DNA of 64,000 nucleotides from Lama glama (lineage: Eukaryota). Below, piece by piece: positions 1 through 13,044 of this stretch (positions are counted from its first letter, which is position 1; every line of letters begins with the position of its first letter). The stretch spans positions 17,920,001-17,984,000 of the forward strand of contig CM052818.1 in NCBI GenBank assembly GCA_028534125.1, given 5' to 3'. The position numbers and the translations under genes were made by a program. The notes beneath the pieces are model-generated. The model did not search any database. It was not told the origin of the DNA and saw only the letters and a program-made list of their open reading frames with translations.

Positions 1-2210
1 CATCGAGCAATTCTAATGGCGCCGTATTTCCAACAGCATTTGTTCACTTCGTATTTCTGTTACATTTTGGTAATTCTTGCATTATTTCAAACTTTTTTTA
101 TTATTAATATATTTGTAATGGTAACTCTGTAATGGTAACATCTTTGATGCTACTACTGTAATTGTTTTGGGGCACCATATAAGATGATGAACTTAACAGA
201 TACTGTTCTGACTGCTCCAGTGACCAGCTGATCCCCTGACCTTCTTCTTCTCCTCGGGCCTCTCTGTTCCCTGAGACACAACAATATTGAAATTAAGCCA
301 GTTAATAATCCTACAATGGCTTCTAAGTAACCAAGTGAAGGAAGAGCTGCACGTCTCTCACTTACATCAAAACCTAGAAACAATGAAACTTTGTGAGGAA
401 GGCATGTTGAAAGCCAGATGGGCCAAAGCTACGCCTCTTATGACAAATAGCCAAGTTGTGAATGAAAAGTTCTTGAAGGAAATTGAAAGTGTTACCGCAA
501 TGAACACACAAACAAGAAAACAAAACAGCCTTATTGCTGACAGAGAGTTTCCATGGTCTGAACAGAAGACTGAACCAGCCACAACATTCCTTTAAGCCAA
601 AGCCTAATACAGAGCAAGACCCTAACTCTCTTCAATTCCATGGAGGCTGAGAGAAATGAGGAAGCTTCAGAAGAAAAGTTTGAAGCCAGCAGAGTTTGTT
701 TGGTTCATGAAGTTAAGGAAAAGAAGCCACCTTCGTGGCAAATGCTGATGTAGAAGCTGCCACAAGTGACCCAGAGCATCCAGCTAAGATGACTCATGAA
801 GGCGGCGACACCACACAACAGATTTTCAAGGCGGTCAGAACAGCCTTCTACTGGGAGATACCATCTAGGACTTTTATAGCTACAGAGAAGTCAATGCCCA
901 GCTTTACAACTTCAAAGAACAGCTGGCATTTTTGTTAGGGGTAAATGCAGCGAGTAACCTTTTGGTTGAAGCCAGTACTCATTTACCATTCCAAAACATC
1001 CTAGGGCCCCGAAGAATTATGCTAAATTGTGCTCTATCAGTGGAGCAACAGAGATGTGCTGGATATGACAGCAGTGCTCTTTACAACATGGTTTACTGAA
1101 TATTTTAAGCCCACTGTTGAGACTTACTGCTTAGGGGAAAAAAGAAAAAAGATTCCTTTCAAAGTATTACTGTCCACTGGCAAGGTACCTGGTTACCCGA
1201 GAGCACTGATGGAGGTGTACCATGTGATTAATGTTGTTTTTATGCCTGCTAATGCAACATCTATTCTGCAACCTAGGGATCAAGGAGTAAATCCAACTTT
1301 TTAAAAGTCTCAACACTAAAGAAATTTGTTTTTTTAAGGCTATAGCTGCCGTAGATAGTGATTCTTCTGATGGATCTGGACAAAGTAAATTGAAAACCTT
1401 CTGGGAACAATTCAATTCACCATTCTAGATGCCATTAAGAACATCTGTGATTCATAGGAAGAGGTCAAAATGTCAACATTAACAGAGGTTTGAAAGAAAT
1501 TGATTCCAACACACACGGATGACTTTGAGGGGTTCAGGATTTCAGTGGAGGAAGTCACTGCAGATGTGGCAGACACAGCAGAAGAACTAGAATTAGAAGT
1601 GGAGCCAAAAGAGGTGGATTGCTGTAGTCTCATGACAAGATGATGAGTTGCTCCTTATGGATGAACAAAGAAAGCAGTTCCTGAGATGGAAACTATTCCT
1701 GGTGAAGACTGTTAAAATGACAACAAAGCATTCAGAGTATCGCATGAACTTAGTTGATAAAGCAGTGGCAAGACTTGAGAGGACTGACACCAGTACTGAA
1801 AGAAGTTCTACTTTGGGTAAAATGCTATCAAACAGCAATGCGCACTACAGAGAAATTGTGAAAGGAAGAGTCAGCCAATGCCAGCAAACTTGACTGCTGT
1901 CTTACTTTAAAAAACTGCCGCAACCACCGCTCTGATCAGTCAGCAGACATCGACATTCAGGCAAGACCCTGCACTGGCAAAAAGATTACAACTTGCTAGA
2001 GGCTCAGATGACGGTTAGCACTTTTTAACAATAAAGGTTTTTAAAATTAAGGTATGTATATTATTTTTAGACGTAATTCTATTTCACATTTAATAGACTA
2101 CAGTATAGTGTAAACACAACTTTTATGCACATTGGGAAACAAAATTTGTGTGACTCACTATTGCAACAGTTGCTGTCTGGAACTGAACCCACATCTCTGA
2201 GATACACCTG
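1..2210 (+). mobile_element. Tigger1 (TcMar-Tigger) DNA transposon, near full length, left end outside window; transposase decayed
   Basis: Matches recalled Tigger1 consensus throughout. Transposase start ATGGCTTCTAAG at 316 is followed by a stop. ORF fragments include [35 protein letters not shown] and [16 protein letters not shown]. Right terminal repeat-like end 'catctctgagatacacctg' at 2210. Confidence 0.93.
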
Positions 2211-2244
2211 CACCAACTTTCTTCACAGGATTTGAACAAGACCC

Positions 2245-2530
2245 AGAGTCTCTCACAGACATAGTAAATAAACTTATGGTTACTGGGGGACAGAGGGTGG
2301 GAAGGGATAAATTGAGAGTTCGAGATTTGCAAATAGTAACTACTATATATAAAATTGATAAAAAAATTTCTTCTGTACAAGCACAAGGAACTGTGTTCAA
2401 TATCTTGTAGTAACCGATTATGAAAAAGAATATGAAAGCAAATGTATGTATGTTACACGTATGACTGAAACATTATGCTGTACACCAGAAAGTGACACAT
2501 TGTAACTGACTATACTTCAATTAAAAAAGA
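2245..2530 (+). mobile_element. 5'-truncated camelid/cetartiodactyl L1 3' end
   Basis: 'ctcacagacatag..aaacttatggttac', G-rich tract, and 'acattgtaactgactatacttcaattaaaaaa' tail, homologous to the L1 3' ends near 12000, 31100 and 59350. Confidence 0.85.
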
Positions 2531-2589
2531 ACTTTAAAAAAGTATAAAAGGTCAGAGAAACTGGAAAAAAAAAGGACTCAGTCTCATAA

Positions 2590-2745
2590 TGTAATACTCC
2601 AAATGTTCCAATGTATAATGAAACGTGAAAAATCTCAATTTGCATCAGGAAAGACAATCAACAGATGTCAGTGATGGAATGATACAGATGTTGAAATTAT
2701 CTGACAGATTTTAAATCAGTTGCTATAAAAATTCTCAAACTCTTG
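2590..2745 (+). mobile_element. Old L1 (L1M/HAL1-like) ORF1-region fragment
   Basis: 'aaagacaatcaacagatg..gatacagatgttgaaattatctgacagattttaaa' is typical of ancient L1 ORF1 N-terminal sequence. Confidence 0.5.
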
Positions 2746-2852
2746 AAAGAAATATATTCAATACAACACAGTAATACTATTAGATGAAGGACTAGGTTCA
2801 TAATAAAAGTACCATATTCATAGAACTTTTTTTTCCAAATTAGCTTCATTTT

Positions 2853-3038
2853 TAAAAATCAAGATATATTTCCCATATTTTTAAATGTATACAGTGTATC
2901 ATTTTAAGGTGCACAATTCAGTATATCCACAAGATTGTAAAAGCATCACTACTATCTAATTCTGAAACATTTTTATCACTGCAAAGGGAAACCCCATACC
3001 CGATAGTAGTCACCCCTCATTCCTTCACACTGTACCCC
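2853..3038 (-). mobile_element. Short L1MB-like 3' end with 18-bp TSD
   Basis: Antisense L1MB 3'UTR motifs ('aaggtgcacaattcagt', 'ttttatcactgcaaagggaaacccc'); identical 'ccaaattagcttcatttt' at 2835-2852 and 3039-3056. Confidence 0.75.
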
Positions 3039-4131
3039 CCAAATTAGCTTCATTTTGCCACTTTCTAAACAGCTTTCATTAGACCACATCAGAGTAATTT
3101 GAAATAATAGTATGATGGTATCAGTCTATGACTTACATTACCTGCATATTGTGATAAATATGATTTAAATCCTTAACTACTATTAGATGTTTTTTTCCTT
3201 CAGTAACAAGGTACAGAGATGCATACAGAGGTAAGACTGGTAAGTTCTCCATGTCATTTGTGGTATAAACTTTCTCTGTAATCATCGCCATGTCTTAGAA
3301 TATTTTAGAAGTTTGAGAGTACGGAAGGCATAGAGAAACTGCTCTTCATTACTGATTTATAATGGAAATACCAGACATATTTAAAATTATGTAAAAGTGT
3401 GTTTTTAATTTAGCTTGAAGAAGTGCCCACTTGATAATAGGGCTGTGTAATAAAATTCTAGGAGGAGGGGCTCACGGTGCCTTCGGCGAACATTTGTTCC
3501 TGTTTCCAGGCTGGGTTGTTCCATCCACTTCCTTCCCAACAAAATAAAACCATCCATACATCTTTTAAATTGGTCTATTTCTGGAAATTTGATACTGTCT
3601 TGAAGTCAGCCTACTTCTAAATATTCATTAATCTGTTATTTTTCTGTATAAAATAAAGTTTTATCAAAATGCCCTTATTTACATTCAGTACCCTTTCATA
3701 GTGTTTTAGAAACTGAACAGTAGGCTATGAGGGTAGATTATAATTTGCCAGAAGATAAAGCATAGGAGTAAAATCACGTATTATTTGATGACTGGTAGAC
3801 CACAAAAAGTAGGCAGTAGCTCTTGTGCACATGAAGTCCCTAATATAATATAAATTATCTAAAGTTTTTGAAACCCCATCAGAATTTTGAATATTATCAA
3901 ACAATTCCTAAGTGCAACACAATTTTTATTTTTGTGGCATAAAAATCCACAAAACAGAGAGAACTAATTTAATTACACATTTTTGCCAGGAAAAAAGCCT
4001 ACAATTTTTTAAAAATCTATTTTCTTGATTGAATAATGCACTATATTTGAGTCATACCATTTACACATGAATACTACAATTAATTGACTTCCCGCATTTG
4101 AGTATGTGTACAGGACCGTGTGAGTTGATTT

Positions 4132-4133
<2 letters not shown>

Positions 4134-4171
<38 letters not shown>
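4134..4171. repeat. (TG)n microsatellite
   Basis: Pure dinucleotide run. Confidence 0.97.
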
Positions 4172-4175
<4 letters not shown>

Positions 4176-5607
4176 AAATGTAGATACACATATGGTGATA
4201 GAGCAAATAATTATTATCAGCGAAGAAAAAACAATTATGTGCCTCATGGATGTTGGTCCTGTTTACAATTCTGTCTTGAAGGATTAGGATTTGTTAGCTT
4301 ATAAAAAAACTGAGTTTATTATGGGTATCAATTAAATGCTTCCTAGGGCTGAATCTATGATGTGAAATAATCATACCTATGCAATGTAAGAATTAAATCC
4401 ATTCTGATTACTAATAATACTTATAAAAGTAGGAATGCTGAATTCTAGGTAAGTTTTGGCTTGGTGAAAAATATAAACAAAACCTACTTAATGATCATTA
4501 ATTATATACAGTGTGTGGATATATGTATAAATAAATATGCATATAAATCTATTTTTAATAGCATATCAAAGTAAATATATTCTAAAATAAGAAATGTATA
4601 ATAAAATCACCTGAAAAATCTCTACTTTTGAGGGATTCAAGTACTTCCCAAAGGTAGAACTGAGAAGATACACTTTGATACTAACATATCTGTAATACAT
4701 GCTCATAATTTGCTTGATTTCATTTTGAAAAGTTTTTTTTTTCCCCACAGAATATTACAGAGCCCTGATGCACATTCAAAGATGTGTGAAATACAGCACA
4801 CAACTCTTAACTTTATAGTACTATGATGTGGATAAAAAATGGCTGTGAAAGCTTAGGTTCACCCTTGGTATGTATAGAATCTTCCTGACAGCTACTGAAA
4901 TACGATAGCTGAAAATCCAAAAGTGCTTCCAGTCTTACATAACAAATGTTCTTTACTGACTTTTGAATATCCCCTGGTAGAAAGAAGTTGTTAGCTGGAC
5001 ACTCATCAACCTTCAATATACGTAACTTCTTTGTTGTGGTTGTCAATAACACAACCAAACGACTCCTAAAAGTTAATCACAGGCACTTAGGAGAAATGAA
5101 ATATGCATTTGCAGTAGGAATTCAGGTTCAAGGTGAGCCAAGCAAGGATCTTACAGGAGTCTCCTTTTTCAATATACTAGAAAAACAGATTTCTCTGGCA
5201 TTCTGAAATGACTGACAATTTAAAGCAGTACCCTGAAATGATTCAGTTGTACATCTCCTGGGGAACACTTTGATCAGACGGTTCCATCATGAGATTACTT
5301 CTCAGGAAGATTACCAGATGTTACCCCAACATGTGCAGTCAGGCCTACTTCAAATTTCTGTCAGGAAAAAGCAACCAAACCACTCAGCAGATCTGAATGA
5401 CAAGAGGAGACTCCCCTGCAGGAAAAAACATTTTCTCCAGATCTATTCAAGTTTTTAGAATTAGAATATTTTGAGTACTACAGAGTCCACAAAATATACA
5501 TTAAAATCCCCCAAAATGTTAATGCCACAAAGCTCCAACAGTGAAAATTTTAGAGAAATCTTCATGTTTCTCAACAACAGTGCTACTGCCATTTTTCTGT
5601 TTCTTTT

Positions 5608-6510
5608 TCTTTTAAAAGTTTTATTACTGTGGTATATCTGACATACAATGATCTTCACATGGGAAGTATGCCATTTGATAAGTCTTGAAAAACCATAACT
5701 ACAATGAAAATAGTGGGCAGATCTGTTGTTTCCCAAAGTTTGTCGTGTATCTATACTTTCTCGGTCCTCTCCTTCCCTATCACCCGTCTCCCAGGCAACA
5801 ATTGCTCTGCTGTCACTAAAGATTAGTTTGCATTGTCCTGAGTTTTATATAATTGGAAACATAAATTACATAATCTTTCGTATCTGGCTTCTTTTACTCA
5901 ATATAATTATTTTGAGAGATGTATCCATGTTGTTGAATGTATCAGTATTTCATACTTTATTGATTAATAGCATTCCATTGTGTAGATATACCACAGTCTG
6001 GCCATACAGATATTGTTGAACATCTTGCATGTTTCCAGGTCTTGGCTACTACAGATTAGTCAGATATGAACATTTGTGTTTAGGTCTTTATGTGGACATA
6101 CCTTTATTTTATTTTTTCAGTTAATACCAAAGAGTGGAATGCCTCCTTCATTTGTTAAGTGTGCAAGAAATTGCCAGGTTATTTTCCAAAACGTTTATAC
6201 CATTTTACATAAACACCAGTATTTGAGGGTTTTGGTTCTTCCGTATCCTCACCAACAATTGGTATAAACAGTCTATGTAATTTTAACCATTCATCAGCCA
6301 TGTAGTGGTAAAGCACCGTCTTTTCATTTGCGTTTCCCCAATGACTTTTGATATTGAGGATCTTTTTCTGTGCTTACTGACCATCTGTGCATCTTCTTTG
6401 GTGAACAGTCTGCTCAGTTTGCCCATTTTTGACTGGGTTTTTTAAAATTATTATTGGTTTTGAGATTTTAAACAGTATCCTATGTTCAAGTCTTTTTATC
6501 AGTTATATTG
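5608..6510 (-). mobile_element. Old L1 (L1MB/L1MC-like) 3' end
   Basis: Antisense L1 3'UTR/ORF2-end motifs ('ccaggcaac..ctgtcactaaagattagtttgcat', 'ttttccaaaacgtttataccattttacat', 'tttcatttgcgtttcccc'). Confidence 0.8.
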
Positions 6511-6683
6511 TGAAATCTGTGCATATAAAACATGGTTGGCTGAGGGTCTCCAATACAAACTCAGTAGCTGAAAATTTTTACTAAAAGCTAATCTCTCTTT
6601 TGCAAGTAACTAAGGATAAAAAGGATTTTAAACTTATTAGTACTGAGTGAGCAAGTCTTATTTTAAGAGTAAGGCTTTTTTCT

Positions 6684-6905
6684 GTAGTGTAGTGATTATA
6701 AGCAGTTGCTTCAGTTACTCTGCTTGAACTGAAAATCACTCAGCTACATCCTAGCTGTGTGATCTTATATGTACTTTTAAAATTCTTCGTGGCTGTTTTG
6801 TAAAATGTGATAATACTAGTGGCTGTCTCATAGCGCTGTTATAGGGGTTAAATGCATTTATGCACATAAAGCATACAGTGAATGCTCAATACATGGTCAC
6901 TGCTG
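6684..6905 (+). mobile_element. MIR SINE
   Basis: 'ctagctgtgtgatctt', 'tgtaaaatg..ataata', 'tcatagcgctgtt', 'tgctcaatacatg'. Confidence 0.7.
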
Positions 6906-7914
6906 TTTATTTAATACATCGTTAATATGACTCACTCACCTCTCCCTAGAATCTGTCTGTTATGAGACCTCATTTAGCCTGGGCACCCTCTCAGGCTGAT
7001 GTCTTACCCTTGGAGGAATGAACTTCAGAGGCCACAGGCTGTCAGGAGGAAGAAATTACATGCTTGAGGTTTTTGTATCAGAGAAACTGTATGAATTAGG
7101 TGGAAATCTCTGCCTCGATAGAGCCAAGAGAGGCTGTTGATCAAAATCAGGGTACTTAGGCACAGAAGAAGGAAGAGCAGCCCGTATTTATGGTCTGCCT
7201 TCCATCAAGGCAGTTTGTTTCAGTTCATCAGTTTGCTCCCACAGCTGGATTCTGACACTGAATTTACTTGAACATCTCTCTGAATGACAGCGTGTCACTC
7301 AGAGTGGAAGAGGAGTGCACACATTGGGGCCTTAACTTTTATCTTACTAGATTAAAACAGAAACTCTCCCCAAATACTTGCTGACTGTATCTTTTTCTCA
7401 AAATAAGTTTCCAAATTGGCCAATGGATGGCTTATGGAAGTAAAACTTTCAGGACCTTCATTTTCAGGAAATGTGGTGAATCACCTTGGTTTGAGCCCAA
7501 ACAGTGACTTTGAAATATGTCTACCCACCAAAAAAACCCCCAAAAGAGTGTGAGAAAGGGATAATGGATATGAGGTGAAGTAGGCTGGGAGCCATATGGA
7601 AGGATATGAGAAGACATGAGTCTGGCATTTGGGAAAACCACAGGAAATGTTTTTAATAGTCAAATGAGCTTTTTGTTAGCACCAGGAAACACTTTTAAGT
7701 ATGTCATACCTACAGACTGTGAGTTGGGTGAGCGCTAAAGACCATTTTATTCAGCATTTTCTGTGTAATGCCTACCACTGTGTTTATTATATAGCAAAAG
7801 CTCAAATGAAGATATACAGTGTGTATTTGCAAATGCTCACCTTTATCCTTCACTCTCCACAGTGCAAAATTCAGCTTACCAAGTTTTCCTTCTCCTCTAA
7901 AATCCTTTTTTTTT

Positions 7915-8258
7915 TTTTGAATTATGTTTTACTTGGCAGACTTGCTGAGAAATCAAGCCTAAAAAGCACCATCTCAGATAGCTGAGGGGCTTCTCCAAAG
8001 AGGTAAGGAAGGAACCAGGATACATAGGAGTTTTTGCTAAAATCCAGATGGCCAGAACATTAAAGAAAATCAGGTATCTAAGGTTAATGAATTTAAAACT
8101 TTTCTGTATATGGGAAGATGCAACAGTCTGGGCTCACTGAAATCAGTCCTTTGATACACATCGTAACGATCTTGGGCCAACGTCCTCTTTTTCTTTCCAT
8201 CCAGGATCCCCTCAGGGTGCAGTCAGGGGTGGCTGCAGTGGCTGAGGCCACAACACTT
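7915..8258 (-). mobile_element. Cetartiodactyl MER41-like ERV1 solo LTR, 5' end truncated
   Basis: 'tctcagatagct..ccaaagaggtaaggaaggaaccaggatacataggagtttttgc' and 'gggaagatgcaacagtctgggctcactgaaatc' match the recalled ruminant MER41-like LTR in antisense. Confidence 0.75.
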
Positions 8259-9405
8259 TTAAAATTATTTTTTATTGACGTGTATGATTTACAATGTTGG
8301 GTTACTTCCAGATGTACAGCAAAGTAATTCAGTTATATATGTACATACCAACGGTTCTGGACGTTTTGTTTGTTAGGGGTCTAATTACTGGTTGAATTTC
8401 AGTGCTGGTAATTGGTCTGTTCATATTTTCTATTTCCTCTTGGTTCAGTCTTGGAAGATTGTTTCTTCCTAAGAATCTGCCCATTTCTTCTAGGCTGTCC
8501 ATTTTACTGGCATATAGTTGCTCATAGTAGTCTCTTGTGGTCCTTTGTATTCCTGTGGTGTCAGTTGTAACTTCTCCTTTTTCCTTTTTAACTTTATGGA
8601 TTTGGGCCCTCTCCCTTTTCTTCTTCATTAGTCTGGCTAGAGGTTTTATCAGTTTTGTTTATCTTTTCAAAGAACCAGCTTTTAGTCTCATTGATCTTAC
8701 CTATTTATTTTTTTAATTCTGTATTTATTTCTGCTCTGATCTTTAGGATTTCTTTTCCTCTACTAATTGGGAATTTTGTTTGTTCTTCTTTCTCCAGCTG
8801 CTTTAGGTGTCAAGTTAGTTTGTTTGAGATTTTTCCTGTTTCCTGAGGTAAGCTTGTATCATTATAAACTTCCCTCTTAGAACTGCTTTTGCTGCTTCCC
8901 ATAGATTTTGGATCATCATGTTTTTGTTTTCATTTGTCTCTAGGCATTTTCTGATTTCCTCTTTGATTTCTTCAGTGATCCATTGATTGTTTAGTAGCAT
9001 ATTATTTACCCTCCACGTCTTTGTTTCCTGCAGGTTTTTTCTGGTAGTTGATTTCTAATGTCACAGTGTTGTGGTTGGAAAAGATGCTTGATATGATCAA
9101 CTTTCTTAAGTTTACTAAGGCTTACTTTATGGCTAAGCAGGTGATCCATCCTGGGAAGTGTTCCATGTGCACTTGAAAAGAATGTATATTCTGCCACTTC
9201 TGGGTAGAATGCTCTACAAGTATCAATTAAGCACACCTTGTCTAATGTGTCATTTAACTTCTCTGTTTACTTGATTTTCTATATGGATGATCTGTCCATC
9301 AATGTAAGTGGGTGTTAAGGTCCCCCAGTATTACTGTTACTGTCAGTTCCTACTTTTATGTCTGTTAACCTTTGCTGTATATATTGAGGTGCTCTAGTGT
9401 TGGAC
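8259..9405 (-). mobile_element. L1 fragment: ORF2 endonuclease/Z region joined directly to the extreme 3' tail
   Basis: ORF-track peptides NTRAPQYIQQRLTDIK, AEYTFFSSAHGT, LLNNQWITEEIKEEI and LPRLNQEEIENMNRPITSTEI; L1 tail at 8259-8348. Confidence 0.92.
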
Positions 9406-9466
9406 ACCCTAATTGTAGCTCTGCAAAGCCCATTTTGAACTTCCGACCTCCAGACCTGGATAGACT

Positions 9467-10075
9467 CAACATCATGACGGCAGAGTAGAGGTATGTGGAG
9501 CACACTGCTCCCACAAATACATCAAAAACACATCTGCATGTAGAACGAATCTCACAGAATACCTACTGAAAGCTTGCAGAGCTCATCAAATCACAGCTGC
9601 AAGAAAGATCCCCCACATAATTGGGTAGGACAAAGGGAAAGGGAGAAGAGGAGGAATTGGGACGGGAGCTGTGAAAGAGGAAAGTTTCCCTCATCCTGGA
9701 AATCTCATTCACTGGATGGTCAGTCTCTAGGACAGACAATGAGCTTTAGAGGATGGAGAGTGTGGGAGCTGCCTTGTGGACCCTCATGGTAGATCAGCAC
9801 AGGTGGTCCTGGTCACTTCACCACAGTTCTCAGCCAAGACACGTGCACAGTGACTGGGTGCTGAAACTCAGGCTTCAGCTGACAGACCTGGGGACAGGAT
9901 TGGATTTGGTCTCGTGGAGATAGCCTGAAGAGCCGGGAACATGGCCTGAGCCACAGCTTGGGGCATGCATAGGACAGAACGTGGGTCCTCAGGTCACCAC
10001 TGGAGCCCCGTTGTCAACACAGGCAGGGAGGAGTGTGTGGCTCTGGCTGCTGTGGGTTCTGGGAACTTTGTGGGC

Positions 10076-10106
<31 letters not shown>

Positions 10107-12200
10107 GGCGGGGTTGGAATGTGAGCCAATTATTGGCAATTCCACTGCAGGTTCCACAGCTCCAGTGGGTTCTTACTCAAACAGCTTTTGGGACTAGGAC
10201 CCCAGGGCATGCCTGAGGGACACCTGAGCTAGTTGTCTGCAGGCTCAGGGAACTCGACTACTGAGGGTTTAGGCGCTCGTGGCTCTGTAAGCCAGCATGC
10301 GTGCATACCTTAAAGCCGAGTACTGAAGCCTGGAAGTGAAGGTGGCCGTCGAGGACAGTGCCAGCAACAGAGATCTTTGTGGGTGCACACAGTGGGTAGC
10401 AGGCAGGGTCACAGAACTGAACATCCTGACAGCTCGTGGGGAAGAACATGTTGGCAGCTCCTTTCCCAGTGGGACCCCTCCAGTCCTGCCTACCTCACAC
10501 CACGGCTTAGAAACTCCATTTGAGGGCTTCTACTCCAACAACTGGGGAGCATACCCCGCCTCCAACAGGGCTGGGACAACCACATGGCAAGGAGGAGGCC
10601 CTGCCCAGCATCCAGTGCAGACTCTGGTCATAACACCAAACATGCCCCCAGATCAGAATGGAAATGTATAAAATAAGAGATTTAAAAAAACAAAAAATAA
10701 ATCAATAAAAAAACTGAGCCCTTGTTTTTAAAGGATAAACAAAACTTATTAGGAAACCACACAAGACCCAGAGTTGCCAAAACAATCCTGAGGAAAAAGA
10801 TAAAAGCTAGAGGCATAGCTCTCCCAGACTTCAGACAATACTACAAAGACACAGTAATCTAATCAGCGTGGCATTGGCACAAAAACAGACATACAGATCA
10901 GTGGAACAGAATGAAGAGCCCAGAAATAACCCACACACTTCAAGTCAATTAATCTTCAACAAAGGAGGCGAGAATATTCAATGAGAGAAAAGTCTCTTCA
11001 GTAAGTGGTGTTAGGAAAGCTGGATGCTGCATGTAAATCAGTCAGTGAAATTACAACACTCCCTCACACCATACATAAAAATAATCTGAAAAAGGCTTAA
11101 AGAGTTAAATATAAGACATGGTACCATACAACTCCTAGAAGAGAACATAGGCCAAACCTTCTCAGACATAAATCACAGTAACGTTTTCTTAGTCTCCCAA
11201 GGAAAAAGAAAGAAAAGCAGAAATAAATGAGACCAAATCAAACATAAGCTTTTGCACAGCAGAGAAAGCCACCAACAAAATGAAAAGACAACCCTATTGA
11301 CTGAGAGAAAATATTTACAAAGGATTCCACTAACTTCCAAAATATACAAATAGCTCATAAAGCTTAAAAAAAAAAAAAAAAGACCAGGCACATGAAAAGA
11401 TGCTTAACATTGCTAATCATTAAACACAAATCAAAACTACAATGAGGTATTACCTCACACTGGTCAGAATGGCCATCATCAAAAAATCTACAAATAATAA
11501 ACACTAGGGAGGGTGCAGGGAAAAGGGAACGCTGGTGGGAATGTAAACTGGTTCAGTCTCTATGGAGAAGAGTCTGGAGGTTCCTTAAAAACCTAGAATT
11601 ACCATGTGATCCAGCACTGCCACTCCTGGGGATATATCTGGAGAAGAGGAAAGCTCTAATTCAAAAAGATACATGCACCCCAACGTTCACAGCAGCATTA
11701 TTTACAACAGCTGAGACATGGAAGCAACTGCGATGTCCATTGACAGAGGAACAGATAAAGAAGATGTGGGATACACACACACACACACCCCCCTTGAAAT
11801 ATTACTCAGCCACGTGATGGACCTTGAGATTATTATACTAAGTGAAATAAGCCAGAAAGAGAAAGAAAAATATACCATGATATCACTTATATGTGGAATC
11901 TAAAAAAAAAAATCACAAATGAACTAATTTACAAAACAGACTCACAGACACAGAAAACAAACTTAGTTACTAAAGGAGAAGAGTGGGGGAGGAGGGATAA
12001 ATTGGGCACATGGGATTAACTGATGCACACGACTATATATAAACTAAACAAAAACCCACTATATAGCACAGGAAACCATATTCACTATCTTATAATAAAC
12101 TATAATGGAAATAATTATAAAAAGACTATAGATATGTATGTATAATGGAATCATCTTGCTAAACATCTGATACTAACACAGTATTGTAAATCAACTAACC
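9467..12200 (+). mobile_element. Internally deleted L1 (element A): 5'UTR, short ORF2 piece, ORF2 C-terminus and 3'UTR
   Basis: 5' end homologous to 52866 ('acaaatacatcaaaaac'); 5'UTR to ~10650; ORF2 C-terminus and 3'UTR homologous to 57980-59520. Confidence 0.92.
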
Positions 12201-12211
12201 ACACTTAAGGA

Positions 12212-12290
12212 AAAGTTAGGAGTCCAGGATAACATGGTAAATTAACTGGTAGACCCAGAATTCGTATTCAGACCTCACTGACTCTTCTGT
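12212..12290 (-). mobile_element. MIR fragment
   Basis: Degenerate MIR core ('ctggtagacccagaattcgtattcagacctcactgactc'). Confidence 0.45.
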
Positions 12291-13044
12291 CTCTGTGACA
12301 TTGTCACTATTTATTGGATGATATCTAATAAATGCCAAGCAAAAGTGCAAGGCACTCGTGTCAGTTATAAATATGTGTCTTAACTGTTATTTGTAAATTG
12401 ATTTGCTCTTTTTTTTTCTAAATTGAAGTACCATTTTTAAGGCACTGTAGAGTACACATTTTGAAAAATTGTACCAGGTTTTTAACATACCACATGTAGT
12501 TTTATAACTTTTTTGTAACCTGGGTTTATAAGAATCCTTTTGCTTAAACCTAGATAAATTTATACTAAATTCTTCACCATGGTGGGTGGTGTAATTTATG
12601 AGCTTCAGGGCACATTTTTGACATACATTATCCAGAGCACATATCTGAAGCAGATACAGATAAGTAGGTAGATAATTGTACACATCCAGTTAAAATGAAA
12701 TACCCCTTCCTGTGGATGGTTAACATGCATCTTCAAAGTCTCCCTGAAATCATTTGTGCATTTAAAATTTACAGATGGTGAGTTTGATAGAAGTGAACCA
12801 TAAGTAATATTTTGAAACAAATTTACCAATAGAACAATGACATGACTAGGGAAAAAATGATTATATTTTGCATGGCGGAACAAAGATGCAATTGCCATAA
12901 ACATAAAGCTGAGCTGTCCTCTAACCAGTAGATTTGAATTTCATCTCAGTTGTGAGAAGCAGTTTTAATATTCTTCAGAATGCTGTTTGTGGATATTTTT
13001 CTCATAAACTAACACTTCATAAAGTCACAAAAACTATATGAGAC

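Noticed and set aside
4611..4973. Two minus-strand exon-like ORF pieces (4863-4973, 111 nt; 4611-4689, 79 nt)
   Set aside because: Joining them in the phase required by the first gives a stop in the second. The donors (GTGAAC, GTGATT) are weak and the peptides are unrecognised.
7915..8258. MER41-like LTR as an interferon-inducible enhancer
   Set aside because: I could not find an intact TTCNNNGAA GAS motif in this copy.
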